Position numbers and translations under genes: made by a program. From assembly GCA_040285825.1 (NCBI GenBank), contig JAUPSS010000003.1:2604001-2668000 (forward strand): a DNA stretch of 64,000 bases, given 5' to 3'. The notes below the pieces were generated by a model. It saw only the letters and a list, made by a program, of their open reading frames with translations. It was not told where the DNA came from and did not search any database. The stretch comes from Eukaryota sp. TZLM1-RC (lineage: Eukaryota > Protista > Metamonada: BaSk clade). Positions 11,959 through 23,923 of this stretch are shown here, piece after piece; positions within the stretch are counted from its first letter, which is position 1; each line of letters opens with the position of its first letter.

Positions 11959-12549
11959 TTAGTTTTTGTGTTAGGTTTGTTTAAAGTAATAAATTTCAAT
12001 AGTTGATGAAAAAAAAGTATTTTAATTTAATGATTAAGGTTTAGAAGGAGTCTTCAATAGTTGTTTTGGGGAATTTTGTTTCTTATTTGTTTTGTTTTGT
12101 ATTTACGTGGAAAATAAATGTTTATTTAACTTTTAATTTATTCCAAAAAAATTAAATTGAATGCCAGAATAATCCATAAATGGAATAAATTAAACTGAAA
12201 CTTAATAGGAACCAATTTAATTCAAATAAAATAATTAAGAAACATTATTTTAAATGAGGATAAACCTTTTGAAGAGTTCATGACAGGTAGAATATTTGAA
12301 AATAGACACGAAAAAATCAAAATAAAATAATTCACAAAAACAATTGTAAAATAAATAAAAACTAAATTCACTGCAAAAAATGATTTTTAAAATATTATTT
12401 AATACTGCAAACTTAAAATACATCATCTTGCACATAATTATTGTACCCGTAGAAGACACTGAAGTGAGAAATTCAACTTCAGAGTGTTGTAGTGTACACC
12501 TTGTAATGAACACAAAATTTATACAAAACAAATAAACAAAGCAAAACTA

Positions 12550-13008
12550 TCATAGTCCCTTAAATGCTGTGCACATTAAGAAACACATAACAGTAATGGC
12601 AAGAGCGACAAGAATATAAACTGACCAAATGCCCCAGAAGCAGAAATCACGAAGGAAAGTATCACAAACTTTGGCACCAAATGTTTGTACATTGAAGATG
12701 ATAAACCATACAAGCACAAAAAGTCCGATGACTCCTCCGATAGTCTTGACAGTCTTATCACGATCCTTGTCATCAGTAGCACCTCTGATCAAAGGAATGG
12801 TAGACGAGAAAACTTGAGAGGGAATCGATGTCAAACCGTAAATAAAGGCGAACAAAGCCAATGGTCGATCACATTCAGCATCATTGAACAAGTAAATCAG
12901 ACCAACAACAAGAAAACCTAGATGTAGAATCATGAACAGAATGTTGAATACGATTGCAGCAATAAACTGACGCTTAGCAGCTTTGATCATGGCAGAAAAT
13001 GGATCCAT
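12550..13008 (-). CDS. 152-aa four-transmembrane protein, copy 1
   Basis: Four hydrophobic helices with CDRPL and CD..L luminal cysteines; differs from copy 2 by one nucleotide. Confidence 0.8.
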   Translation of the reverse strand: MDPFSAMIKAAKRQFIAAIVFNILFMILHLGFLVVGLIYLFNDAECDRPLALFAFIYGLTSIPSQVFSSTIPLIRGATDDKDRDKTVKTIGGVIGLFVLVWFIIFNVQTFGAKVCDTFLRDFCFWGIWSVYILVALAITVMCFLMCTAFKGL

Positions 13009-13074
13009 TACGTGTGTCGAGACAGAAATAACAAATTGATAATCAATAATTTCATTTCAAAATAAGCATCCTCC

Positions 13075-14663
13075 TTCAATCCCTCTTCAATTTTGGATAA
13101 AAAATGTTCTGATCAAGAAATCTGAAAATCTTGTTGAAAATAAAGATTGTTCTAGAATGAAGAAACGCTTTCACAAATGTTCCAACTGCCGAAAAGAGGG
13201 ACAAAATGTCCGAACGTGTCCCAATGTTGGAAAACATGATGTTGCAAATTCTGGAAAAAATGCAGAAAAAAATTTACCAGAAGAATTGAATCTGAAGAAA
13301 AATCAATCAGTGATCCTCCTCAAGTTGTCGCAAAACCAGTGACCAATTGTATCAAACACAAAATTTGCAGCAATTGTGGTGTTTCTTTCAGAAAAAATAC
13401 AAAAGGTAAAACTGCTGATGGATGCTTGAAATGTCCAATAGAAGACGATTACCGTCCTCCCATAGAAATCCCCCAAGAAATAAATCCGTCGAAATGCAAT
13501 GCATTTTCTTTTTTTTAAAAGATTTTCGGATCAATTATGTAAGGGAAAATATTCTATCAACATTTTCTGGCGATTCTTTGGTTCTTTGTATGCTCCTTTT
13601 GAACAAAATTTCGTTGAAAACATTGTAGAATTAACTTATAATGTACCAAGAAAACTGTCATCAGAATTTGAGCAAAGTTTTCGAAGATAAATGCTTTGAT
13701 AACAAGTGGTCTACTGCTTGTCTACTTTAAATCAAAGCTCCCAACAATCAACAGACTATAGATAGTCTCAAAATCCTACATCCATTTGAAAACCCAATAA
13801 TGGATCAAAATTATTGTGGAGATTATTGGGAAAGCTATCCATTGATGACAGCCGAGGTATTTTTAGTAATCAAAAAGTGACCTCACGGAAAGTCTGCAGG
13901 TCTTTCGGGGCTTTTTATTGATCATATCACAGCTGCGGTAACTCCTTTAGAAAATTGTCTAATTTTATTAACATATTTTTTAATAGAGTTTTATCTGGTC
14001 AACTCAAATATGCTCTGAATTGTTCGAAATTGATAACTTGCCAATCTTCATTACATGATGCTGTTAGAGACACTGTTTTTAATATGACACGAACTGCAAG
14101 AATATCGTGTATCAAAGAGCCTCTGCTGAAGGAAACACTGTCATTGAATAATTTTGGTTCTCATGATAGAGGTGATGTATTCTGTAATTTGATTGATAAT
14201 TATGAAGCTGTTGTTGACTTTTTCTCCTGTAATGTTGAAATTGACACTTTGGTTCACAGATGAAAACTTAATTCTGTAAGTGCTCTTGAATTTAAAGCCA
14301 AAGAAAAACATAGAAATTGTGACAAAGATATCGAAAAAGCTAATGCTGGTAGAAATACACCACTGGTTTTTATTGCTTTCCCATCTTCGATAAACGGAAG
14401 ACTATCAGTACAAGCAGTAACTTTTTTGAATAATTTTCAAAAAATTGTTCAGGAAAAAGCAATGAAAAGATTTAATATTTTTTTATGGCTCTCTTGAATT
14501 CCCTTTCTCATTTTTAATAGATTGCCTCGGTTGTTCAATCGAATTAGAGAAAGTTTAGCGAAACAGCAAGCAGATCAAGATTTTGTAGCGGACAGCTTGG
14601 TTCAATGAATTGCGTCCCATTAATCATGAGTTAATTTAATTAAGTGTGCAAATTCAATAAATA
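13075..14663 (+). mobile_element. Internally deleted family A RLE element: N-terminal zinc motifs joined to the C-terminal endonuclease, RT missing
   Basis: CSNCRKEGQNVRTC and CSNCG..C..C, then GKSAGLSGLFIDHI (pre-RT motif) joined near 14000 to ALNCSKLI..HDAVRD..EPLL..RGDV; intact family A 3' end at 14613-14663. Confidence 0.75.
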
Positions 14664-14664
14664 C

Positions 14665-14900
14665 CTATTCCATTATTATCTAATCCCATTGAAACATTTT
14701 TTGCTATCTTACGACGACGTGTTCGAAAAGAGTCTTCTCTTTACCCATTTGCTCCTCCAACACAAGTGATTTTGTCATGCTTATAGAGCTTGAGAAATTA
14801 TGATTGTATTTCGTTGTTTGAACATGCGGGTTCGCTTAACAGAAAGCTTTATGTTTCACCGTTTTTAAGTAATCCTAATCTTTTTGAGTATGTTAAATAG
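14665..14900 (+). mobile_element. Tc1/IS630-type DDE transposase C-terminal relic
   Basis: SNPIETFFAILRRRVRK resembles the SP.LNPIE..W..LK..V motif; internal stop. Confidence 0.5.
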
Positions 14901-15453
14901 ATAAGAATAAGGTTATTTTTTATCACTATAATCTCAATAATCTTTCATTGATTACATATACAACAGTCTCTTCTTCCTGCTTCACGTCAACATTCTGTGA
15001 ACAGTGCCAACGAACATTATGGTAACGTTGGGACTGATCTCTCGTTCACTGATAGGCTTGTTGTCCTTTTGTCTAATCTCAACAGAATGCGCCTGCCAAT
15101 ATATTAACTACTTTATTTATTGATTTATTTTGTCAAGTGTGGAAGTTTAATAACAATTAATTTATTTTTCGGAAAAAGAAACTGAAAAAACATTGGGGAA
15201 TTTTTCCATTCTGGTCCAAATTTTTGATAATGTGTGGAGGTTCCACCTTTGGGATTGTTGAAATGAATTGTTATTGAGTTACTTTAGAGTAATTTATCTT
15301 TAGCTTTCTAAAATGTGGACAGTCCCATATTGAGGCCATTGTAGATCAATATGTAGATGAAAGTGATCTCCTCACAGACAGTTTGTATATTTCACCCTAA
15401 CTCATAGGAACAAATATGCAATTAACATGCAACAATAATGAATGGAGCTTTAT

Positions 15454-16104
15454 CTAAGTTAATGGGACAAACATTACCTGCTCGCTTCTTTGTTCAGAGA
15501 CACTACCATCAGAGTGTTTCTTCAACAAATTCAATGTCTGACCCATACCAGAACTATCACTAACTGGTATACAGATTTGACCTCCAGGTTTGAGTTGATC
15601 AACAAGGGCAGGTGGTAACCTATCAGCAGCCGCACCAACGTGTATTGCATCATATGTGGCGTTAGGAGCATATCCCTTCTTTCCATCACCAATAATGAGT
15701 TTCGTTCTGCTTTCAAGCTTTGGATATTTTGATATGTTTTCACGAGCAAATGCAACGAGTTCAGGGTAAACTTCGATTCCTGTCACACTGCCTGTTGGAC
15801 CCACTAGTTCTGCCATTGTAGCTGTCAGATAGCCAGAGCCACACCCAACATCTAGAACGTTACATCCCTCTTTCAGACTGTTTTTAAGCAACTCCATCAT
15901 ACGAGCGTGGATGTGAGGAGCACTTATGGTCTGTCCGTATCCTATTGAAGCAGGTGCATCAATGTAAGCTGAAGCCTTTTCTCTCACAAAGTCCTTACGA
16001 TCAATAGCCCGCATAGCTTGTTCAATTCTTGTGTCTCTCAGCATGCCTTCAGCTTTAACTTGATCCACAAGATCATCGTTGGACGTTGCTGCTGTTCTAA
16101 ACAT
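15454..16104 (-). CDS. PCMT1: Protein-L-isoaspartate O-methyltransferase, paralog 1
   Basis: IGYGQTISAPHIHA, VLDVGCGSGYLTA, YDAIHVGAA, LVDQLKPGG, V.FVPL. Confidence 0.95.
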   Translation of the reverse strand: MFRTAATSNDDLVDQVKAEGMLRDTRIEQAMRAIDRKDFVREKASAYIDAPASIGYGQTISAPHIHARMMELLKNSLKEGCNVLDVGCGSGYLTATMAELVGPTGSVTGIEVYPELVAFARENISKYPKLESRTKLIIGDGKKGYAPNATYDAIHVGAAADRLPPALVDQLKPGGQICIPVSDSSGMGQTLNLLKKHSDGSVSEQRSEQVMFVPLT

Positions 16105-17431
16105 GATGGTTAGTTTTGCTCAGGACTGTACAGTTGTCAATAAACAGGAGGATATCTGTCCTTGTCATATTGGATGTGTATGAACTTGCTCAAACATTAG
16201 TTATAACTACACAATCATCTTTCAAACATTAACCATCAACTAAACTTTTCCTGAAATTTTCAATCAGTTTTGATGTTTGATTTAAACAAAAGAAATTATG
16301 AAGTCATCTCAGTATGTGCTTTGTAATCAACTTTTTGCACAAGGGCTAAAGATTATCTGAAACATTAACAATGACGGTTTGACTATCGTCAAATATAGCA
16401 TATTTTATGGTAACAAACGTGAACTCATATAGAGAACAACACTATGATTTGCTGAACGAAGCATGTCTTTTTGACTGTATTCGTCTTACCAAGATCTTGA
16501 ACTATATAATCTTTGATTTCAATAATCACATCTTGACAATTGGATTTGGATAATTATTAATAATGAAGATTTTTGCAAATTGTTAATTAAGATTTGTTTG
16601 CTTTAAGTTTACGTATCATTATAACAGTTGAATAAGGGACCGACACGTCTAACAAGTTCTGTTCTATTCAATACCAAGCAGCAATAGTTAGATGAAGCTG
16701 CCCAAAAGAATCATTGCCTGATGAAGCTCAGAAAAAGACCAGTGGAGGTATGTTGAATAATATTTTGTTCTTGACAAACATTTTTAATTGTTCATCGTTG
16801 ATTTTAGTCGTCTAAAATAAAAAGAGATTAAACAAGTAAGAATTATTTGTAGCTGAAACAAAATTTGAAAAGGTTGCAAATGTCCAAATTGTTACTCAAT
16901 CGTGATTACCTTTTACTACACAAAACCGTCATTTGTCATTCGAACAATCAAATGTTGCATTACCAGGACACTGATTCTCACTAATCTGGTAATTTATACT
17001 CCTAAGAGTATCAAAATCATCATGTGGTATCAAAAAGCACTGACTTGGGGTTGACTTAGGGTCATGTGAATACAATTCTTTTGAACATATTCATCCACAT
17101 TTGGTTCAGCCGCATAAATTATGTCTTCATTACAAAGAGTCCTTGATGTTTACCCTATGTTTAAATTTGGCTGCCATAATTTAACGTCACCGAATACGTT
17201 TTCATTCGGGAATTCTGTCATTTTGATTTATCCAAAACAGTCGAAATTAAACGAAAACAGATCTAGTTATGAATTTCAATAGAAAAGTGAGTGATCTATT
17301 TATAATCATGTCAATGTTACCTTCTGCAAATGATGGATCTGTAGACAGTCCTTGTTACCCAATTTGTGTCGAATTGTTTTTTGGGAAATTGTGTGTTGTT
17401 TCTATTTTGATGATAATGTTTTATATTTTTT

Positions 17432-18028
17432 TACACTGTTTTCAATATGGCACAAACTGCAAGGATATTGTGTATCAAAGAGCCCTTGCTGGAGGAAACA
17501 ATTTCTCTGAATAATTTTGGTTCTGATGATAGAGGTGATGTATACTGTGATTGGATTGATCATTCTGAAGCTATTGTTGACTTTGTCTCATGTAATGTTG
17601 CAAATGATACTTTGGTTCACAGAAGAAAACTTAATCCGGTGGCTGCTCTGGATTTCAAAGCAAAAGAGAAACATAGAAAATATGATAAAGATATTGAAGA
17701 GGCAAATGTCGATAGAAATACACAGCTGGTTTGTATTGCTTTCCCATTTTCGATAAATGGAAGATTATCAGTTGAAGCAGAAACTTTTTTGAATGACTTC
17801 TAAAAAATTGTGCAAGAAACAACAATGAGAAGATTTGATATATTTTTATGGCGTTCACGGATTCAATTTGCCATTATTAATAGATTACCACGTATTTTCA
17901 ATCGAATAAGAGAAGCTTTAGCTAGACAGCAAGCAGATCAAGATTTTGTAGAGGAAATCTTGATTCAATGATAGTCGTCCCATTAGTTATGCGTTAATTT
18001 AATTAAGTGTGCAAATTCAATAAATAAA
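17432..18028 (+). mobile_element. 5'-truncated family A RLE element
   Basis: EPLL..RGDVYCD..IVDF..KEKHRKY..FPFSINGRL; family A 3' end; possible low-complexity TSD TTTTATATTTT at 17419-17429 and 18032-18042. Confidence 0.85.
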
Positions 18029-18128
18029 TTTTTTTATATTTTGTATCTCTCAAAATTTTATTTATTGAATTTGCACACTCAAAATGGAATTAATTTGACA
18101 AGAAATTTCTCTCTCAACGTACACATCA

Positions 18129-18782
18129 ATGTTTCGATCATCATCATCATCGAGCAATGAACAGTTGATAGCTGAACTGAAAGCGGAACGAATGCTCACC
18201 AGTAAACGTGTAGAAGATACAATGAGGTACATTGATAGAAAGCACTTCGTCAAAAGTTCATCTGAAGCTTATGTCAATGCACCAGCAGGTATTGGACATG
18301 GACAAACCATCTCAGCCCCTCACATACACTCTTACATGCTGGAACTGCTTAAAGATAAAATTGTCCCTGGGGCATCAGTTCTAGATGTAGGTTGTGGAAG
18401 TGGTTATTTAACAGCTGCGCTGGCACATATGGTCGGTCCATCAGGTCGTGTTACGGCCATAGATCGCCATGCAGAACTTGTTAGTTTTGCTGAGTTCAAT
18501 GTATCAAAGTTTCCTGAACTTGTAAATCGGATAACTTTCACAACAGGTGATGGGAAGCAGGGCTATGAGAAGAACGCACCCTATGATGCTATCCATGTTG
18601 GTGCAACAGCTAAAAGAATACCAGACTCACTGATTCATCAGTTAAAACCTGATGGTTTGTTATGCATTCCTGTAGAAGATTCTCATGGCGCAGGGCAAAG
18701 TTTACTTCTTGTCAAGAAGAATGCAGATGGATCCATTTCTGAAAAGAAGACACTGGGAGTTCGTTTCGTGCCCCTTGTTTAA
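18129..18782 (+). CDS. PCMT1: Protein-L-isoaspartate O-methyltransferase, paralog 2
   Basis: IGHGQTISAPHIH, VLDVGCGSGYLTA, APYDAIHVGA, LIHQLKPDG, VRFVPL. Confidence 0.95.
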   Translation: MFRSSSSSSNEQLIAELKAERMLTSKRVEDTMRYIDRKHFVKSSSEAYVNAPAGIGHGQTISAPHIHSYMLELLKDKIVPGASVLDVGCGSGYLTAALAHMVGPSGRVTAIDRHAELVSFAEFNVSKFPELVNRITFTTGDGKQGYEKNAPYDAIHVGATAKRIPDSLIHQLKPDGLLCIPVEDSHGAGQSLLLVKKNADGSISEKKTLGVRFVPLV

Positions 18783-19529
18783 CAGAAGCTATCTCTCTTG
18801 TTTATTAGTTTATTGAGGTTAATTGTGTAAATGTCTTTATTAGGCGCTCTTTTTTATTTGATTTTTTGGTCATCTAATTCTACTCTTTTCTGTTAGTGTT
18901 ATGGTAATTTTTCATTTTAATTTATTGAAATAATTGTGCCTTAAATCAGTTGGTGACAGACAAACTTATTTAGTGACGACACCTGTGCAAACTTCCACTG
19001 TTGTTGGACTTATTTATTTAATGGAAACATTGGTATATACTGTGCCTCACTTCATTACAAATGACTGTAGATGACGTGACCGATTTACCAAACACCATGA
19101 ACTGGCATTTTCACGTTCTAAAACACACTGCCATAACACAATTAGATCACTAGTGACTCTTTTCCGAACTCACAACTACCATTAAAATACTCTTGTGGCG
19201 TTTGGTAATTTAAAAGAAACAGAAGAACCATATCATTTAATTTACTTTTAGCCAACCCATGATTATTCATTTCTTTGCGCTAGAATAACATCTGGACAAG
19301 GTTTTTTCTGTCACTCAGCCACTTCTGCACTTTCTACTGTGCAAGAACAACGTTAAATTCCCGCTCATTATTATCAAAAGCATTGTCCATTGACCAGTAC
19401 TTGGGTCGATTATTGTTTTTTGTTTGTTTCATTCAAGGATGTGTTGAAATCGGGGAACAATATGATGACAATCTATTGAATGCTGATAAACAATGAGACA
19501 AACTGGACCAGCTGCAAAAATTAACTAAT

Positions 19530-19770
19530 ATTTATTGAATTTGCACACTTAATTAAAATAACTCATAACTAACGGGACGACTATCATTGAACCAAGATTT
19601 CCTCTACAAAATCTTGATCTGCTTGCTGTCTAGCTAAAGTCTCTTATTCGATTGAAAAACCGTGGTAATCTATTGATAATGGCAAATTGAATCCGTGAAC
19701 ACCATAAAAAAATATCAAATCTTTTCATTGTTTTTTCCTGCACCATCTTTTGGAAGTCATTCAAAAGTCA
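19530..19770 (-). mobile_element. 5'-truncated family A RLE element
   Basis: Reverse-complement match to about 17790-18025. Confidence 0.85.
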
Positions 19771-19940
19771 TTCTGCAAAATCACAATTCAAAATGCAAAT
19801 TCAATAAACAAAAAAAATCTGTTGAATCCTCTGCAAGAAATTCGTTAAATTTCCTCAGAACTCAAAACTATCTCCCTTGGTGATGCTATGTCACAAAACT
19901 CCATCCATATGATCCATATGATTGTAGCTTTGGGGAAAAT

Positions 19941-20020
19941 TGACAACGGTGGGACTCGAACCCACGCGGTTTCCCACTGCCGCCTTAAGACAGCGCCTTA
20001 GACCACTCGGCCACGTTGCC
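19941..20020 (-). tRNA. tRNA-Leu(AAG)
   Basis: Acceptor GGCAACG/CGTTGTC; TGGCCGAGTGGTCTAAGGC A-box and D arm; anticodon stem CTGTC/GGCAG with loop TT-AAG-GC; long variable arm; GGTTCGAGTCCC; TTTT terminator. Confidence 0.95.
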
Positions 20021-20031
20021 ACAACGAACTA

Positions 20032-20397
20032 CCGTGTTCCGAAAAATTATGGACCCACAAAATATGGCGACTAAAAAAATTGGCGAATTTCCAACGGCAT
20101 TCAAAAATTCGCCATTATTTTTCGCCCATTATTCATTTTTAAAAATAAAAAAAATAAAAATACCAGATTTATTTCAGAATCAATACTATAAAATAAAACA
20201 AATTAAATTGAAATTTGTATTTTGCGTTCAATTTATATTTTTGAATTATAATTATTTATTTATTTTAATTTCAATTATGAACTATTTTTTGAAAAATTAT
20301 GGACCCATTTAATATGGCGACTAAAAAAATTGGCGAATTTTCAAAGGTGTTGTAAAATTCGCCATATTTTGTGGGTCCATAATTTTTCGGAACACGG
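20032..20397. mobile_element. MITE (Tc1/mariner-pogo type), 366 bp, 39-bp TIRs, TA TSD
   Basis: TA|CCGTGTTCCGAAAAATTATGGACCCACAAAATATGGCGA with its perfect inverse at the other end followed by TA; internal direct copy of the left subterminus at about 20292-20340; degenerate related fragment at about 21113-21195. Confidence 0.92.
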
Positions 20398-21517
20398 TAG
20401 TAATGCATAAAGTAGGTGTAGAAAACAGGGAATAAACAAAGGAAGTCCTAAAAAAATCCGTTTAAAATGCGCCTCAAGTCATCACAACAACCACCAAAAA
20501 AAACTTCAACGTTTATCACACGACTACAGTCCATGCAACTCAACCAATCTTGAGATAGTTGATGTAGAGTATTTGACGAAGAACTAATTCATGTAACGGA
20601 AGACACAATTAAAGTGTACTTTTCAACAATGAAGATCGAAGCGCTCATTGGCAATTGAATTCTTGATGAATTTGAGGACCCTTTGAAGTCTTCAGAAACA
20701 GAATATGTATTGTCAGGAGGGACAGACATGGTAGAAAATGTAACAGTAGCTCTCAGCAAGAAGCCCCAGGAGTTTATCATTGAAATTCAAACCTCAGTTT
20801 TTGAATAAATATTTTTTTGCATATTCTTTTATTTTCAAGTACAGAAAAATCAGTGGTACAAATAAAATTGGGATTTCTTTCAAAAAATCCCCAAAATCCC
20901 ACTTGTTTCATCAATGTCGGTACATTATATCGGAAGCATTACACCGATGAAATATGACGACAAACTGTAAACAAGACCAAGACCAAGACCACTATGTATT
21001 TGGAAATTTCAAATAGCAGTAGCACTATACAGTAGCTACTGTAGGAAAAGGAATGTGCGAAAGGGAGTCACAAATTTTTTATTTATTAATCATGCAAGTC
21101 GACCAACAATGAATTGGCGACTAAAAAATTGGTAAAAAATTTCAGCCTTGGCAGAATTCATATATATTTTATGGGTCTATTTTTCTCGCAATACAAGATG
21201 TATTAATCGTTAGTCGACAAACAAGAATGCAGAAAGGGAAAAATGAAACACAAACAAGACTCCCTGCCCAGAGTTTGAGTCGTTTTCATGAATATACCAC
21301 CCACCGGACCGTCGAACACTTTTCAGGGATACAACTAATAAAAGCAATTTGAAATAATGGGAAAACAATCAGATTGCTCAGTGGACATGTGAATTCATAA
21401 ATCAAAAACTTGACAATGAAAATTGTTGGTGTAAAGTTTTATTGTATATACAGGAAGAGCAATACTGGGATAATGCATAGTGAACAATTATTTTTTCAGA
21501 AAACCAAACAAATAGAA

Positions 21518-22374
21518 TCAGTTAGATAACAACTGCTTGAAAAGTGAAGTTGCGTTTTGAACATCAATTTGGTAAAGGCGTATTCTGTCAATTAATGAAT
21601 CGAGATCTTTCTGACAGATCTGTGAATCCTCTACACATGGATTGTGAAGATTTTGCTCACGGAGGAATTTACGCAGATATTTGTACAAAGGAGCTTGAAA
21701 GTTGTTTTTCTTGCACAAGTCATCCAGATTAGACACTTCGATCCATTGGTACCCAGAAATCTCGCCCTTTGTCTCAGGAGCAAGTTTAGTGGATTCAGGA
21801 AAATCAACTCCTATAAAATGATATCCATTCATAAACTTACGGCTTCGTTCTTGAGAAAGATATGGAGACACGTCCACTCCGAGTTCCTCCTGGGCTTCTC
21901 TGATTATAGTCTCCATAGGACATTGATTTTCGTTGATCTTTCCACCAGGAAAATCGATGCTTCCACTTCCTGTCTTCACCATGAGAAATCGGGTCCTGTC
22001 TTCATTGAGTAGAATCAGTTTAACTCGGGGGCAATTTCTTTTGAATTTTATCCACATGTCCGTTGCAGAATCCCAATCGGTGATGGTTTGCTGCATTGTC
22101 GGAGAAACAGTGTGTACTAAAGTAAGCAATATATGCTAGGCTAAATACAAGCTTTGGCGAATCGAAAGAACTTTTTTAACTGAGGAAGTCCCTTGTTCTT
22201 TGGTTGATAGTTATCAATGTAGTCCCAATGGCATTTTTCCACCAGCTTGAGTAAACCAACAGGATCTGACTTTGTAGCATCGTCAACATTCTCGATTGCC
22301 TTGACACAAAGTTCTGTAAGGACTTCTTCTAGTTTTTCTGTCATGTTGGGAACCTGTCCTTGTTGTGATTCCAT
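21518..22374 (-). CDS. DCP2: mRNA decapping enzyme Dcp2; 32-nt intron at 22117-22148
   Basis: Box A (L.EL......E.CHWDYID) and Nudix box FPGGKINENQCPMETIIREAQEELG. Removing the intron GTATTT...CTTACTTTAG joins the two ORFs in frame. Confidence 0.88.
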
Positions 22375-23818
22375 GATGATGAAGGTGACCAAAATTTTGC
22401 TAATTCGATACAATCCATTTTTGTGGGTTTCACAAACTTTCTCACTTCATCTATCAGATCTATTCGTATCCTTTTGGTACAGTGATTTCAATTCATCAAT
22501 GATGTTTAATTCAAAGAACACAACCCATTTCGCTCTCTTTCAGTGTTCAGAATCTAAACTATATATGTAGATCACCATTATCACAACAATACCCTGAATT
22601 CAAACTTAAACCATGGACAACATACAAATTTGTAGTAGGCCGGATGTAGGCACAGCCACGATATTTTCACAAATGTTACCATTTCCACTTATTGTACATA
22701 GAGTTTTCAGTTTATCCTATTAATGAAGATATATGTATTAATAAAATCTGTTAGTGTAATAATGCTTTTATTAATGTTCTCGATGATTAATTCAATCAAA
22801 TATTGCATCTCTTGGTTTTTCAATAACTCAATATTCCAGTGTGGTAAATTCAATGTTTTTAAGAGGATTAATTAAAAACTTCACATAATTGTATTTATTT
22901 CAAGCAGATAGAGAACATCATATTTGAAATTCATTAAACAACTTTTGACCTGAAGTTGATGGAAAGCCTTTTGGTCAATACAACAACAAATTGAAACCAG
23001 CCAATTGTGGACAATTTTTATCAAATTTAAAGAACTTTCACAGGTAGAATTGTATTTATTGAACAACTTACACATCAACATTTAAATTATCCATGTCCTC
23101 CTAAACAAATCAACTAGATGCAACTTTTTCATAGTGATACATCATAGTTCATTACGCTATATCCTCAACAATTCTCATTTCAATAATTGGAATGTTTATT
23201 GTCGTTTTTCACAATTTGTTGCAAATCTGCCAAAAAAAACAAAAACTCAAAGCAATGAGAGCGTTTTTTTTCTTCCCCCCTTCCGCGTCGAACTTCCTTC
23301 CTCTCCATTATGATTGTTGAAAACCTCCCTTTTCACGGTCCAGGCCCTCCTATTGTTTTCTTAACCATTCTTCCATACTGCTCTACGTTGTCTCACTCTT
23401 CTTTGTTGACTCTACTGAATGTTTTTCCACTGATAACATCATCCTTTGAAACATCAATTTGGAGACAACTTAGTTCCCTTTTCACAAGCATTTTGTTTCT
23501 TGTTCAATTTGACTTGACCATTAGCAGATGTTCGCATTTCTCTTCTCATGAAAAACTTGCTGTCGCCTTTAAACCGCTCTTAGAGCTTCTCAGACGGCCG
23601 CTTAGTAATGGAAGTAGATAGTTTGTGATCTGTTACTGAAGGTTTGGTTAGTTGTTCTTGAGATAGAATTCTCACTCTTCTTGTTGGATGTTGTTGCTGG
23701 TTCAAACAATCGTATGTGTGATGAAAAGCTTGTTGTCGCCTTTTTTTTAAAACTTTTTTTTGCTCTTGGAGCATCTCAGACAGCCGCTTAGTAATGTCAA
23801 TCATGTACTTCTTTGTTT

Positions 23819-23923
23819 TGTGCTGGTTGTTCAGTGTCTTTTTGGAGTATTGACTACTAGTAGTGGAGTAGTTGGATGAGGAATTTCTGAATTGTCGTAG
23901 TATTTAGCTCATTTAATAAAAAA
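23819..23923 (-). repeat. ~105-bp dispersed repeat, inverted copy of 54423-54530
   Basis: Near-identical reverse complement; heads a decayed minus-strand reading frame running to about 23270. Confidence 0.85.

Larger units (their letters stand above)
10841..14100 (+). repeat. Segmental duplication, copy 1 (copy 2 is about 41746-45950)
   Basis: Same order in both copies: family C 3' end, family B2 fragment, AT-rich spacer, 152-aa gene, family A derivative. Confidence 0.92.

Noticed and set aside
22633-22660. Similarity to enterobacterial REP (GTAGGCCGGAT)
   Set aside because: Eleven-base chance match with no palindrome partner, in eukaryotic context
23270-23900. Minus-strand gene with TGA read as Trp
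   Set aside because: Also contains frameshifts and TAA stops; the TGAs are equally explained by CGA-to-TGA decay of a dead repeat
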